A stretch of 64,000 nucleotides of DNA from Candidatus Latescibacterota bacterium. GTDB taxonomy: Bacteria; Latescibacterota; UBA2968; UBA8231. The notes under the pieces were generated by a model. That model saw only the letters and a list, made by a program, of their open reading frames with translations, had not been told where the DNA came from and did not search any database. Shown in pieces: positions 9,764 through 19,636 of this stretch. Positions within the stretch are counted from its first letter, which is position 1, and every line of letters starts with the position of its first letter. Location of the stretch: positions 800,001-864,000 of the forward strand of contig CBDFJF010000001.1 of assembly GCA_965248265.1 (NCBI GenBank). The letters run 5' to 3'. The translations under genes were made by a program, and so were the position numbers.

Positions 9764-11425
9764 ATGGCCCAGACGAAGACCGTTGCGGTGAAGGTGGAAG
9801 CCCAACGCCCCTGGGACGAATCCGACCTGGTCACGGACTGGTCGGCATTCCCTGAGTGTTACGGCATCCTGCTCAACGAGCGGCTGATGTTTCCGGAGGA
9901 TTTGTGCCTGTGGCGGATGAAGATCGACACGACGCGCCAGCTCTTTGTCGATGACTATCTCATCGCCCACCAGCGCGACCTGAAGCGGGAGTTCCACAGC
10001 CCCGTGGACCATCCCGCCAACCCGCTCATGACCAATTGCATACCGGGGCACGTCGGCCCGGACGGGGAGGACGGCTACCGCCTCTACTACGGAGCGGGCG
10101 GCACGCGCGTGGCCTTCTCCAGGGACGGTGTGCACTGGCACAAGCCCGATCTCGGACTCTGCGAACGTCCCGCCCACGCCCCGTCCGAAGAGCCGAACAA
10201 CCTGATCGACATCAGTGGCATCTTCGGCCTGTTCCACGAACCGGACGACCCCGATGGATCGCAGCGCTGGAAGGCGATCAGCGGCCCCCGCACCCAAGTC
10301 ACGTGGCCATACGCCTTCATCCCCGTACGACGGCGCCCCGCATGGCGCGGTGGTCCCAAAACCCCTCCACCGCCCGAGCCGCCTAAGCCGGTGCGTGCCA
10401 GTCTTCACGACCTCTACGTCTCGCCCGACGGACTCCGATGGACCCGCAAGTCCGCCACCTCGCTGCCGAAAGGTCCGGCCGGCTTTCATGCGCCCTATGT
10501 GCGACCGACGGGGATCGGCGACGTGCTGCAAGTCAGGTGGGACCCGAAGTTGGACAAGTACATCGCCAACACCAAGCACACCATTGGACCCGATCTGCGC
10601 ATGACGCCTGTGGTCCATGTGGCGCGGGTGATGGCCATGTGTGAAAGCGACGACCTGGTGCACTGGTCCGGCCCGCGGATCTATGCCTGTCCGGACGGCG
10701 AAGACGCGAAGATGCCTGGAATGCTCGGCATCTACGAGGCGGACGGCTTCCCCTACGAGAGCATGTGGCTGAATCACTTCTCGATGTCGTGGAACCATCC
10801 GGCAAGCGCGCAAGAGATGAGGAAGCGGAACCTCATGCCCACCCGGCCCTATCTCAAGCGCAACCGCATTCGCCTGGCCGGCGGCCGGGACGGCCGGCAC
10901 TGGTATTATCTCGGTGACCGCCGGCCCTTCATCGACCTCGGCGCTGAAGACAGTTGGAAACCACACTATTTGCGCATCATCAACCGGCATACCGTGGGAG
11001 GGCCGGTGTTGAAGGGGGACGAGTTGTGGTTCTATTACCGGGGCAGCAACACGGACGGCCCGAAGACCGATTGGGTTTATTCGATGGGCGTGGCGATCCT
11101 TCGCCGCGACGGCTTTGCTTCGCTCAACGCCGGCGACGAGTCCGGCATCGCGATCACCCGGCCGCTGGTCTTCGAAGGAGAAGGAAAGCTCTTCGTGAAC
11201 GCCGACGTGGCCGCCCACGGGCAGGTCCGGGCTTCGGTCATGGCTGAAGACGGCAGCACCATCGAGGGTTTCGGAAAGGATGACTGCCAAGCGGTCTGCG
11301 TTGATTCGACGCGCAACCGCATCGGCTGGAGCGGCAGTGAGACACTCGCCATGTTGAAAGATCGGTACGTCCGCTTGGCGTTCCATCTGACGAATGCGAA
11401 GCTGTACTCGTTCTGGATCGAGTAG
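9764..11425 (+). CDS. GH-like beta-propeller, paralog A2
   Basis: AGGAGA RBS at 9751; same motifs, closely similar to A1. Confidence 0.82.
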   Translation: MAQTKTVAVKVEAQRPWDESDLVTDWSAFPECYGILLNERLMFPEDLCLWRMKIDTTRQLFVDDYLIAHQRDLKREFHSPVDHPANPLMTNCIPGHVGPDGEDGYRLYYGAGGTRVAFSRDGVHWHKPDLGLCERPAHAPSEEPNNLIDISGIFGLFHEPDDPDGSQRWKAISGPRTQVTWPYAFIPVRRRPAWRGGPKTPPPPEPPKPVRASLHDLYVSPDGLRWTRKSATSLPKGPAGFHAPYVRPTGIGDVLQVRWDPKLDKYIANTKHTIGPDLRMTPVVHVARVMAMCESDDLVHWSGPRIYACPDGEDAKMPGMLGIYEADGFPYESMWLNHFSMSWNHPASAQEMRKRNLMPTRPYLKRNRIRLAGGRDGRHWYYLGDRRPFIDLGAEDSWKPHYLRIINRHTVGGPVLKGDELWFYYRGSNTDGPKTDWVYSMGVAILRRDGFASLNAGDESGIAITRPLVFEGEGKLFVNADVAAHGQVRASVMAEDGSTIEGFGKDDCQAVCVDSTRNRIGWSGSETLAMLKDRYVRLAFHLTNAKLYSFWIE

Positions 11426-11447
11426 GACGGCGGGGGACGCACATGAC

Positions 11448-12812
11448 ATGAAACGAGAAGCCGACCTGACGAAGAGCCAACTGTTCCTGGACGACCTCTG
11501 GATCGACGAGCAGCACAAGCTGACACGGCTGTGGTACCCGGTCGACATCTATCCCGAGCCCGTCCTCCGCGCCGAAAAGCCGTGGGAAGGGACGGGCGTC
11601 AGTGTCTCCGCAGTGATGAAGAGCGGCGCTCATTGGAAGATGTATTACAGCGCTCGCCACGCTGTACACGGCCGAGTGCGATGCGTGGCGGAGAGTGAGG
11701 ACGGCCTGCAGTGGGAGCGGCCGTCTCTCGGGCTGGTCGAGTTTGGCGGCAGCAAGCAGAACAACATCATCCCGTGCCGCGGGGGCACGATCTGCCACGA
11801 TCCGGAGGACGAGGAAGCACCGTTCAAGATGACCTACCTCGATCCGGGGGCCATCCGCGGCGCAATCAGCAAGGACGGGTACCACTGGACGGAACTGGAT
11901 CGGCCGCTGATCGGCAGACCGCCGGCCGGCGACGTCCAGTCGCTGTGGTTCAACAAGGTGGATGGCCGCTACATCATCATCCACAAAGTCGAGGCCGACC
12001 GCTCCCGTCGCACCCAATGGATCGCCGAGAGCGAGGACTTCCGCACTTTTTCTGATTCGCGGCCGATCATGAAGGCCGACCTGATCGATCCGCCCGACGT
12101 CGAATACTACAGGATGACGGGATTTGCCTATGCCGACCTGCACCTGGCACTGGCCGAGCGGTGCTTCAACTTGCCGGATCACATCGAGGTGTTATTGACT
12201 TGGAGCCACGACCGCAAGACGTGGCATCGCCCAATCCCCCGCGAACCATTCATCGCCCCCACCTACGACTGGAACCGGGGCGCCAGCCGGGTTGGCTCGT
12301 CGCCTCCGTATCAGGTGGGCAACCAGTTGTGGTTTCATTTCAATGGCAGGGGGGGCAGGTTACAGTCAGGTCATCATTACTATGTGAAAGCCGGGCCTCC
12401 GCGCCCAGGCGTCGTGGGCCTGGCGACGATCACGGTGGACCGGTTCGCGTCGATCACGGCGGGGTTCATGGAAGGGCAGCTCATCACCAAGCCTATGACC
12501 TGGCCCGGCGGTGACTTGCTGCTCAACGCCTCCACGACACGGCACTTCGACAGCCACCCCCTCGACGGCGGCGGCGCCATGCAGGTGGAAGTGTGGGACG
12601 AGTCGGGCCAACCCGTCGAGGGCTTCGCCGGCGACACCGCTGCCGCGTTCGACCGCAACGTCCCGTCGCGAGGGACGGTAGAGCCCGCGGCGGTGCGCTG
12701 GCCCGGCGACCGGAGTCTCGACGAGCTGGCGGGACGACGCGTCCGACTGAATTTTCTGATGCGCGATGCACACCTGTTCAGTTTTCGCAGCAGCGGTACT
12801 CGAGTGGCATGA
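11448..12812 (+). CDS. GH-like beta-propeller, paralog B1
   Basis: QLFLDD, SEDGLQW, SKDGYHW, VDRFASI, HLFSF. Confidence 0.8.
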   Translation: MKREADLTKSQLFLDDLWIDEQHKLTRLWYPVDIYPEPVLRAEKPWEGTGVSVSAVMKSGAHWKMYYSARHAVHGRVRCVAESEDGLQWERPSLGLVEFGGSKQNNIIPCRGGTICHDPEDEEAPFKMTYLDPGAIRGAISKDGYHWTELDRPLIGRPPAGDVQSLWFNKVDGRYIIIHKVEADRSRRTQWIAESEDFRTFSDSRPIMKADLIDPPDVEYYRMTGFAYADLHLALAERCFNLPDHIEVLLTWSHDRKTWHRPIPREPFIAPTYDWNRGASRVGSSPPYQVGNQLWFHFNGRGGRLQSGHHYYVKAGPPRPGVVGLATITVDRFASITAGFMEGQLITKPMTWPGGDLLLNASTTRHFDSHPLDGGGAMQVEVWDESGQPVEGFAGDTAAAFDRNVPSRGTVEPAAVRWPGDRSLDELAGRRVRLNFLMRDAHLFSFRSSGTRVA

Positions 12813-12835
12813 ACCGAGGCCGCGCCTTTTCTTCC

Positions 12836-13648
12836 TCACTTCCTCTTCCCGTTTTTGCGGTCGATTTCATCGAGCATCTCCCCCATCTCCTGGGTTGAAA
12901 GTCGCTCTTTCGTCGCCGTTCTTTCGAGATACTCCCGTGTCTTGTCGTTGAGAACACCATAAAATGCCCGGACTTCAGGATCCGGCTGATCGCGCCAGAG
13001 GTCTGTCGGTATCAAGGAATCGTTGCTCAAGAATTCCCGGTGCCGATGCCCGTAGTAGATTTGAACCGTTTTTCGCTCATTCGGGGTCACACGCACCGTC
13101 GCTGTATGCAGGAGGGAGACATTGAAGAGGATTGCTGTGCCCGCTTCACCGTGCAAGTCGTGGATACCACCGCGCGCAAGCTGCGCCTCTTTGTCGAGAA
13201 TCTCCTGATCTATTGATTCCGGCGAGATGGAAAAGCAGTGCGTTGTCTCGTCAACATTGGTCAGATACAGCATCAACTGAATGTAGTCGGTCCTCAGTGG
13301 ATGCTCCAACCAGTGTGGCCGATCGCGATGCCAACCTCGATCTGGCTCCCCATCGTAAGGTTCCATGTGCCGAATGCTGATCTCCGAAAAACAGATGTCA
13401 CCGCCCATTAAAACGTGTAAGCGTGCCATCACCTTCGGGTGCCGAATAATACGGTCAAACTCAGGCGAACTGACGAGGGCATCGCAGTTTACCGCTTGAT
13501 GACGCCCATATTTATACCAGTAATCTGCGGTTGCGGACCGATCTCGATCGTAAATTCCGACGAAATAGTCCAGCTCTCCGTTCGTCAGAATATTACCCAG
13601 CGAAACGTAGCCGTGCTCTTGAAAGAATTGATAATCCTCTTTTCTCAT
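12836..13648 (-). CDS. PhyH family Fe/2OG dioxygenase
   Basis: FFQEHGYV, WHRD, AGTAILFNVSLLH..R. Confidence 0.88.
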   Translation of the reverse strand: MRKEDYQFFQEHGYVSLGNILTNGELDYFVGIYDRDRSATADYWYKYGRHQAVNCDALVSSPEFDRIIRHPKVMARLHVLMGGDICFSEISIRHMEPYDGEPDRGWHRDRPHWLEHPLRTDYIQLMLYLTNVDETTHCFSISPESIDQEILDKEAQLARGGIHDLHGEAGTAILFNVSLLHTATVRVTPNERKTVQIYYGHRHREFLSNDSLIPTDLWRDQPDPEVRAFYGVLNDKTREYLERTATKERLSTQEMGEMLDEIDRKNGKRK

Positions 13649-13678
13649 TATCCTGTCCGTTGCGAGATCCAGAGCCCG

Positions 13679-15220
13679 CTAGGCGAAGCCGACGCTGAAG
13701 AGCTGGGCACAGCGCATTTCGAAACACAAAATGAGGGGTCCCTCCTCAGCATGTCCCAGATCCGGCTGGCCTTTCCAGGTGAGCGTACGCTCCAGATGAT
13801 CCCCCGAAACCCAGTCGCTCTCGGCGAACGTTCGTCCCGGCAGAGGTTGGTTGTCGGGGCCCAACACCTGGGCCCGTACCGAGCCGGCTTGTGCCGTCTT
13901 GCAGTTGACGACGGCGTGGCGTGCCTTGATCTTGAGCGGCTGGAGGAAGAAGCGCCCTTCCACCGGCGCCTCCAAGGCCACGAGCCGTCCTTTCGGCCAC
14001 CAGGCCCATCCAATCGCGCCCATGGGTGGCCGGCGCGGATGCTTGTGCGGCACGGGCGAGGTGTACAGCGGGATGCCCATGCGCTGATCGGGCAACTCGA
14101 CCATCCCCAATCCCGGAGCCACGACCCCACCATCCTCATCCCCCGGCTCGCCCGGAGCACACACGGGACCGCCGGGCACCCGGTGCCAGATCAGATTGTC
14201 CGGACTGGTCCACAAGTGAAAGTCGAAGCTGTCGTCCTTGATGCTCCAGCGCATGGGGAACATGACGTGGTAGTCGACGGTGCCGGGCATCTTTGTCTTG
14301 CCATTGGAATACCACAGCTCGAAGGGCTCCATGGCGGGATCCGGCCACAGCACCTCCTCGGACAACGGGAAACAGCGGAACTCGTCGGCGATGATGCGGC
14401 CGATCGTGCGACGGCGGAAGTACCAGTTGCGGCAGTACGCTACGTACTTGTCCAGCACCGGGTCATATTCGCATACGTTGTGCGTATCGCTGACCTGGGC
14501 GACCAGCGGCTCGGACAGGGCGGACCAGTGCAGCCCGTCGGGAGAGACCGCCCCGAACAACCCCAGCCACTCGGGACGGTGCGCATTGTTCGGGTCCACC
14601 GCGTCGGGCCGTGCGCGCAGATAGTCGGCATGCATCGTCTCAGTCAGATGCCCCTGGTGGATCATCTTGTAGCGCGAGTCGGGCGGGGCTGATGGGTCTT
14701 TGAACACGCAGCATCCGTGGTAGCCCGTCCCGGGCGTGGTCTCGGGCCCCCCGTAGACGACATTGTTGTCTTTGCGGCCATAACGCTCGACGAGCCCCAG
14801 CGCAGGAAAGGTCCACTCCTCCCCGTCGTCGGATTCAGCGTAGCGCGCGTAGTTGAAGTTGCCCGGGTTGCCACCCTCCTGGTCTATGTGCTCGACGGGT
14901 ACGCACTCGAACCAAAGCCGGTAGCGGCCTTCGTCCTTGAGGACGGAGGCGTTGCTCAGGAAGCGCTCATCTACCTGTCTGTGGGTGAGCACGGGGCCGG
15001 ACTTGCGGGCGGGCTGGGCCCGCAGGTGTACGCCCACGGGCAAAAACGAGGGCTCGTAACGGAGGGAGGGCAACTCATCGGTGGTCCACAGGGGGAATTT
15101 ACTGCCGTCCTCCGCCCGCCAGCCGACGCGGCCGTGCTGCACATAGCGCCAGTCGTGGAAGTAGACGATGCCCGAAGGTAGTTCAAAGGGCCGGGGCTGA
15201 TTGCGATAGGGGGAATTCAT
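13679..15220 (-). CDS. GH-like beta-propeller (divergent, type C)
   Basis: ESDDGEEW, VFKDP, SPDGLHW, SDTHN; C-terminal sandwich ending AQLFSV; ATGA overlap with upstream PhyH. Confidence 0.78.
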   Translation of the reverse strand: MNSPYRNQPRPFELPSGIVYFHDWRYVQHGRVGWRAEDGSKFPLWTTDELPSLRYEPSFLPVGVHLRAQPARKSGPVLTHRQVDERFLSNASVLKDEGRYRLWFECVPVEHIDQEGGNPGNFNYARYAESDDGEEWTFPALGLVERYGRKDNNVVYGGPETTPGTGYHGCCVFKDPSAPPDSRYKMIHQGHLTETMHADYLRARPDAVDPNNAHRPEWLGLFGAVSPDGLHWSALSEPLVAQVSDTHNVCEYDPVLDKYVAYCRNWYFRRRTIGRIIADEFRCFPLSEEVLWPDPAMEPFELWYSNGKTKMPGTVDYHVMFPMRWSIKDDSFDFHLWTSPDNLIWHRVPGGPVCAPGEPGDEDGGVVAPGLGMVELPDQRMGIPLYTSPVPHKHPRRPPMGAIGWAWWPKGRLVALEAPVEGRFFLQPLKIKARHAVVNCKTAQAGSVRAQVLGPDNQPLPGRTFAESDWVSGDHLERTLTWKGQPDLGHAEEGPLILCFEMRCAQLFSVGFA

Positions 15221-16059
15221 ACGTGCGGAGTTAGTGCCGCGGGCATACCCTCAGTACTGCGGTAACCACCACCTGCCGTAATCGGCCAGCACGGGCCACC
15301 CTTGAACTCGAAACCGTCTCCGTGTCCGCACAGCCACAAAAACAGGCGCGCCACGTGGATCGAGTCGTACCATTTTTCGCCCACCCCGACATCCGGCCTG
15401 AACTTGACCTGCATGACGTCGAGATCCGGATCCACCACCCAGTCGCGCTGCGGCGCGGCCGTGCGCCAGTATTGGTACTTGAGCAGGTTGCGGATGCCGC
15501 TGGCGGTGGCGCTGATCGCGCGGTGCCAGATCGAGTAGTGGGTGATGAAAATCGACCCGGCCGGCGCCGCCGTACGCACCCCCTGGCGGATGGTGCCGTA
15601 GTGGGTCATGAACCGGCGCTTGATGCGCAGGAGATGCGAGCTGGGTACTAACTCGGTCGGTCCCATCTCTTTCGGTGTGTCCTGCGGATAGTAGAAGACC
15701 TGCAAAACGTCGAGCGGCACCGAATCGATCGCCCCGCCGTCTCGGTGCCAGCCGCCGGTCAGCGACCGCGGGCATTCGACCCGATGGTTGCTCATCATCT
15801 TCGGCAGTTTGAACTTCTGGCCCAGCAGCGACCGCACGGCGCCGGCTGCCTGCGGGTTCTTGATGACAGACTCGACGAACCAATCCTCGTCCAGGATCTC
15901 GACCGGCTCGGAGGACGAGTGCTTGTCGAGAAAGCTCAAAGTGCGGCGGTTGATTTCGTCGGGCACCACGGCTTCGAGGATCAGGAACCCATTCTGACAA
16001 AACTCGATCACCTGTTGATCCGTCAGCGTTGGGCTGCAATCATACGTTTCGTCAATCAC
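15217..16059 (-). CDS. PhyH family Fe/2OG dioxygenase
   Basis: FCQNGFL, WHRDG, GPTELVPSSH, AGSIFITHYSIWHR..R. Confidence 0.88.
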   Translation of the reverse strand: MIDETYDCSPTLTDQQVIEFCQNGFLILEAVVPDEINRRTLSFLDKHSSSEPVEILDEDWFVESVIKNPQAAGAVRSLLGQKFKLPKMMSNHRVECPRSLTGGWHRDGGAIDSVPLDVLQVFYYPQDTPKEMGPTELVPSSHLLRIKRRFMTHYGTIRQGVRTAAPAGSIFITHYSIWHRAISATASGIRNLLKYQYWRTAAPQRDWVVDPDLDVMQVKFRPDVGVGEKWYDSIHVARLFLWLCGHGDGFEFKGGPCWPITAGGGYRSTEGMPAALTPHV

Positions 16060-16069
16060 CGCTCAGGCC

Positions 16070-16435
16070 TCACTTTTCCAGGATGAACTCGCACCCGAGC
16101 CCATAGGTGGTTTCCTCACCTGCCATCATCAGCGCCATCTCGGGGAACTTGACGATGCGCCAGCCGTCGAGCATTGCTTCGTGCACGGTCTGGTATGGCC
16201 AGTCATCTGGATGGTCGGGACCGTCGTGCACGCCGTCGGCGTCTACGAGGGACATGCCGCTGATTCGGGATGTGACCAATGTGCTTTCGGCCTGAAGGTA
16301 GAGCAGCCGCTGAGGTGTTTGACTGTTCGCACTTTCCAGAGCCTGCAACAGATCCTGCTCGCTCAGTTCGCCGGCGCGAAACTTATCCAGACACTGATGC
16401 AATTGTCGCTTCACTGGCTCCATGGCGTCATCCAC
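16070..16435 (-). CDS. Small hypothetical protein immediately upstream of PhyH
   Basis: 121-aa ORF in operon position; PYQTVHEAMLDGWRIVKFP..EFILEK. Confidence 0.75.
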   Translation of the reverse strand: MDDAMEPVKRQLHQCLDKFRAGELSEQDLLQALESANSQTPQRLLYLQAESTLVTSRISGMSLVDADGVHDGPDHPDDWPYQTVHEAMLDGWRIVKFPEMALMMAGEETTYGLGCEFILEK

Positions 16436-16470
16436 CTACTCGGTATGGCAATCAAAATTCAAAATCGCGA

Positions 16471-18120
16471 TTATTCGATCCAGAACGAATACAGCTTGGC
16501 GTTCCTGAGATGCAACGACAGGCGCACATACCGATCTTTCAGCTCGGCCAGTGTCTCGTTGCGGCTCCAGCCGACGTAGCTGCGGGTGGAATCCGCGCAG
16601 ATCGCCTGGCAGTCATCCTCACCAAAGCCGTCGATGGCGCTGCCGTCCTCGGCCATCACCGAGGCGCGCACGTAACCATTCGTGGCAACGTCTGCGTTCA
16701 CGAAGAGTTTGCCCTCGCCTTCAAAGACCAGGGGCCGGGTGATCACGACGCCCGCCTCGTCGCCGGCGTTGAGTGAGGCGAAGCCGTCGCGACGAAGGAT
16801 GGCCACGCCCGTCGACTGGACCCAAAGGGTCTTGAGACCGTCGGTATCACCGCCCCGGTAGTAGAACCACAGCTCGTCGTTCTTCAACACCGGTCCGCCA
16901 ACGGTGTGCAGGTTGACCATGCGCAGGTAGTGAGACTTCCAGCTGTCCTCCGATCCCAGGTCGATGAAGGGTCGGCGCTCGCCTAGGTAGTAGAAGTGCC
17001 GCCCGTCCCGACTGCCGGCCAGACGAATCCAATTCCGCTTGATGTAGGGTCGGGTCGGCATCAAGTCGCGCTTGCGGCTCTCTTCCCTGCTGACCGGAAT
17101 GTACCACGACATCGAAAAGCAATTCAGCCACATGCTCTCGTAGGGGAAGCCGCTCGCCTCGTAGATGCCGTACATCCCGGGCATCTTCGCGTCCTCACCG
17201 TCGGGGCAAGCGTACAGGCGCGGACTGGACCAGTGGATCAGGTCGTCACTCTCGCACATCGACACCGCCCGCGCGACATGGAAGACCGGCGACATCCGCA
17301 AATCGGGGCCGATGATGCGCTTGGTGTTGGCGATGTACTTGTGCAGCTTCGGGTCCCAGCGGACGCGCAGCATGCTGGTGCCCGTCGGCCGCTCGTAGGG
17401 TGCATGAAAGCCAATCTGCCCCCCTCCAGGCAGCGACGTCGTGCACTTGCGCGTCCATCGGATTCCGTCGGGCGAGATGTAGAGATCGTGAAGGCTGCCC
17501 CGCACCGGTGGCGGCGGATCGGGTTGTGGAGGAGGTTTCAAACCGAGCCACGGCGGACGCCTTGATGCGGGTATGACAGCGTACGGCCAGATCACCTCCG
17601 TGCCAGAGCCGCCGATCGCCTTCCATCGCTGGCGTTCATCGGGATCGTCCGGTTCGTAGAACACACCCAGCCCACCGATGGCGATGACATTGTTCGGCTC
17701 GTCGGCCGGCGCGTCCGCCGGGCGATCGCAGACATCGAGATTGGGTTTCTCCCAGTGCACGCCGTCGCTGGAGAAAGCTACACGGCTGCCGTGCGCGCCA
17801 TAATACAGGCGATAACCGTGCTCCTCGTCCGGGCCGACGAAATTCGCTGCGGCGCCAGTCATGAGCGGGTTGGCCGGATGGTCCTGAGGACTGTGGAACT
17901 CGCGCTTCAGGCCGAGCCGGTGCGCGACAAGGTAGTCATCCACGAAAAGCTGGCGCGTGGTGTCGATCTTCATCCGCCAGAGGCATAGGTCCTCCGGAAA
18001 AATCAGCCGCTCGTTGAGCAGGATCCCGTAGCCCTCGGGAAACGCCGACCAGTCTGTGACCAGGTCCGATTCGTCCCACGGGCGCTTGACGACGCGTTCA
18101 TCGACCTCCACCTTGGCCAT
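16471..18120 (-). CDS. GH-like beta-propeller, paralog A3
   Basis: AGAGGAG RBS; near-identical N-terminal block and C-terminus to A1/A2. Confidence 0.82.
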   Translation of the reverse strand: MAKVEVDERVVKRPWDESDLVTDWSAFPEGYGILLNERLIFPEDLCLWRMKIDTTRQLFVDDYLVAHRLGLKREFHSPQDHPANPLMTGAAANFVGPDEEHGYRLYYGAHGSRVAFSSDGVHWEKPNLDVCDRPADAPADEPNNVIAIGGLGVFYEPDDPDERQRWKAIGGSGTEVIWPYAVIPASRRPPWLGLKPPPQPDPPPPVRGSLHDLYISPDGIRWTRKCTTSLPGGGQIGFHAPYERPTGTSMLRVRWDPKLHKYIANTKRIIGPDLRMSPVFHVARAVSMCESDDLIHWSSPRLYACPDGEDAKMPGMYGIYEASGFPYESMWLNCFSMSWYIPVSREESRKRDLMPTRPYIKRNWIRLAGSRDGRHFYYLGERRPFIDLGSEDSWKSHYLRMVNLHTVGGPVLKNDELWFYYRGGDTDGLKTLWVQSTGVAILRRDGFASLNAGDEAGVVITRPLVFEGEGKLFVNADVATNGYVRASVMAEDGSAIDGFGEDDCQAICADSTRSYVGWSRNETLAELKDRYVRLSLHLRNAKLYSFWIE

Positions 18121-18170
18121 TACGCGGTCTCCTCTAGTTGAATGCGAGCATATCATAATACACTAAAACG
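18121..18170. promoter_or_regulatory. 50-bp divergent promoter region between A3 and B2
   Basis: AT-rich TATCATAATACACT gives -10-like hexamers on both strands; B2 has no SD sequence. Confidence 0.45.
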
Positions 18171-19532
18171 ATGAACCGACAACCGGATCTGACCAAAAGT
18201 CAATTGTTCTTAGACGAAACCTGGATCGAGCAAGCCCAACGGCTGACACGGCTCTGGCACAAGGCGGATATTTATCCCGAGCCGTTGGTGCGACCGGACA
18301 AGCCGTGGGAGGCCCCGGGCATCGTCTTCTACGGGACGGTGTTTCGCCACGAGGGCAAGTGGCGCATGTACTACTGTGTCGAACGATCGATCCTCTGCCT
18401 GGCCGAAAGCGTCAACGGATTGCAGTGGCACAAACCAGTGGTCGGCCGCGTGGAATTCCAGGGCAGCAAGGAGAACAACATCGTCTTCATCGGGATCAAC
18501 TGTCCCTCTATCATGCATGACCCCGGTGACTGCGACGCCCCGTTCAAGATGATCACCATCGGCACCCGCGAGCTGGGCACCGGCGGCATTCGCGGCCTGA
18601 TCAGCAAGGACGGCTTGGAATGGACACTGCTGAAAGAACCGCTGATCTCCAAACCGCCGGCCAGCGACGTCCAATATCTCTGGTTCAAGAAAGTACAGGG
18701 AAAATACATCATCGTACACAAGACCGCGCGTGAGCGGGCCCGACGGTGCGTAGCGATCGCCGAGAGCGAGGACTTTCGCAAGTTCTCCGACTCCCGCCTG
18801 ATCCTTCAATCGGACCTGATCGACGAGGCCGACATCGAGTATCACGGGATGGTTGGTTTTCCTTACTCCGACATGTACCTCGGGTTGGCCGAGCGATGGG
18901 TCAATGTCCCCGGGGTCATGAACCACATCGAGTTGCTGCTGACCTGGAGCTACGACCTCGAGCAGTGGCACCGACCCGCGTCGAGGGAGCCGTTCATCGG
19001 CCCCACTTTCCCTTGGAACCGGGCCTGGAACACCTGCAACTCGGCTGGCCCGATTCTGGAGGGCAACCAGTTGTGGTTTTACTTCTGCGGCAAGAGCGGT
19101 TCGCACTTTCATGTTAAGTCGGGCCCGCCCCGCTCTAGCGGCATCGGCCTGGCCACGGTCACGGTCGACCGGTTCGCCTCGATTTCGGCCAGTTTTATGG
19201 AAGGCCGACTCGTCACCAGGCCGATGATCTGGCCAGGCGGTGACCTGATGCTGAACGCGTCCACCACGCGGCACTTCGAGGTCTACCCCTACGACGGGGG
19301 AGGCGCCATGGCCGTCGACGTATGGGACGAATCCGGCAAGCCGATCGACGACTTCTCCGATACTAATCGCGCCATCTTTGAGGGCAATGCGCCGGTGCGC
19401 GGACTGGTGGACCCGGCCACGATCCGCTGGCCCGGCGACCGAAGCCTCAATGAATTGCGCGGCCGGAGCATCAGGCTAGTCTTCACCATGCGGGACTCGC
19501 ACTTGTTCAGCTTCCGCAGCAGCGGTGCGTGA
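18171..19532 (+). CDS. GH-like beta-propeller, paralog B2
   Basis: Colinear with B1 (DLTKSQLFLD, SKDG..W, TVDRFASI, WPGGDL.LNASTTRHF). Confidence 0.82.
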   Translation: MNRQPDLTKSQLFLDETWIEQAQRLTRLWHKADIYPEPLVRPDKPWEAPGIVFYGTVFRHEGKWRMYYCVERSILCLAESVNGLQWHKPVVGRVEFQGSKENNIVFIGINCPSIMHDPGDCDAPFKMITIGTRELGTGGIRGLISKDGLEWTLLKEPLISKPPASDVQYLWFKKVQGKYIIVHKTARERARRCVAIAESEDFRKFSDSRLILQSDLIDEADIEYHGMVGFPYSDMYLGLAERWVNVPGVMNHIELLLTWSYDLEQWHRPASREPFIGPTFPWNRAWNTCNSAGPILEGNQLWFYFCGKSGSHFHVKSGPPRSSGIGLATVTVDRFASISASFMEGRLVTRPMIWPGGDLMLNASTTRHFEVYPYDGGGAMAVDVWDESGKPIDDFSDTNRAIFEGNAPVRGLVDPATIRWPGDRSLNELRGRSIRLVFTMRDSHLFSFRSSGA

Positions 19533-19636
19533 TCGGCTCACCGCGCCGACGTCACCGCGAGTCGCGTGTACGGAATGTCCCTCGCTTGTGCCGGGACCTG
19601 CGCGTCGTGATAATGAGCGTGACAGTCCGGCGGCTC

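Noticed and set aside
9443-11548. 701-aa antisense ORF (also 13439-14692, 20889-22130, 29022-30302, 38447-39946, 55151-56332)
   Set aside because: Shadow frames of well-supported genes in high-GC DNA, with no recognisable motifs
7996-18120. Diversity-generating retroelement acting on the propeller paralogs
   Set aside because: No reverse transcriptase in the window; inspected differences are mainly synonymous rather than adenine-specific
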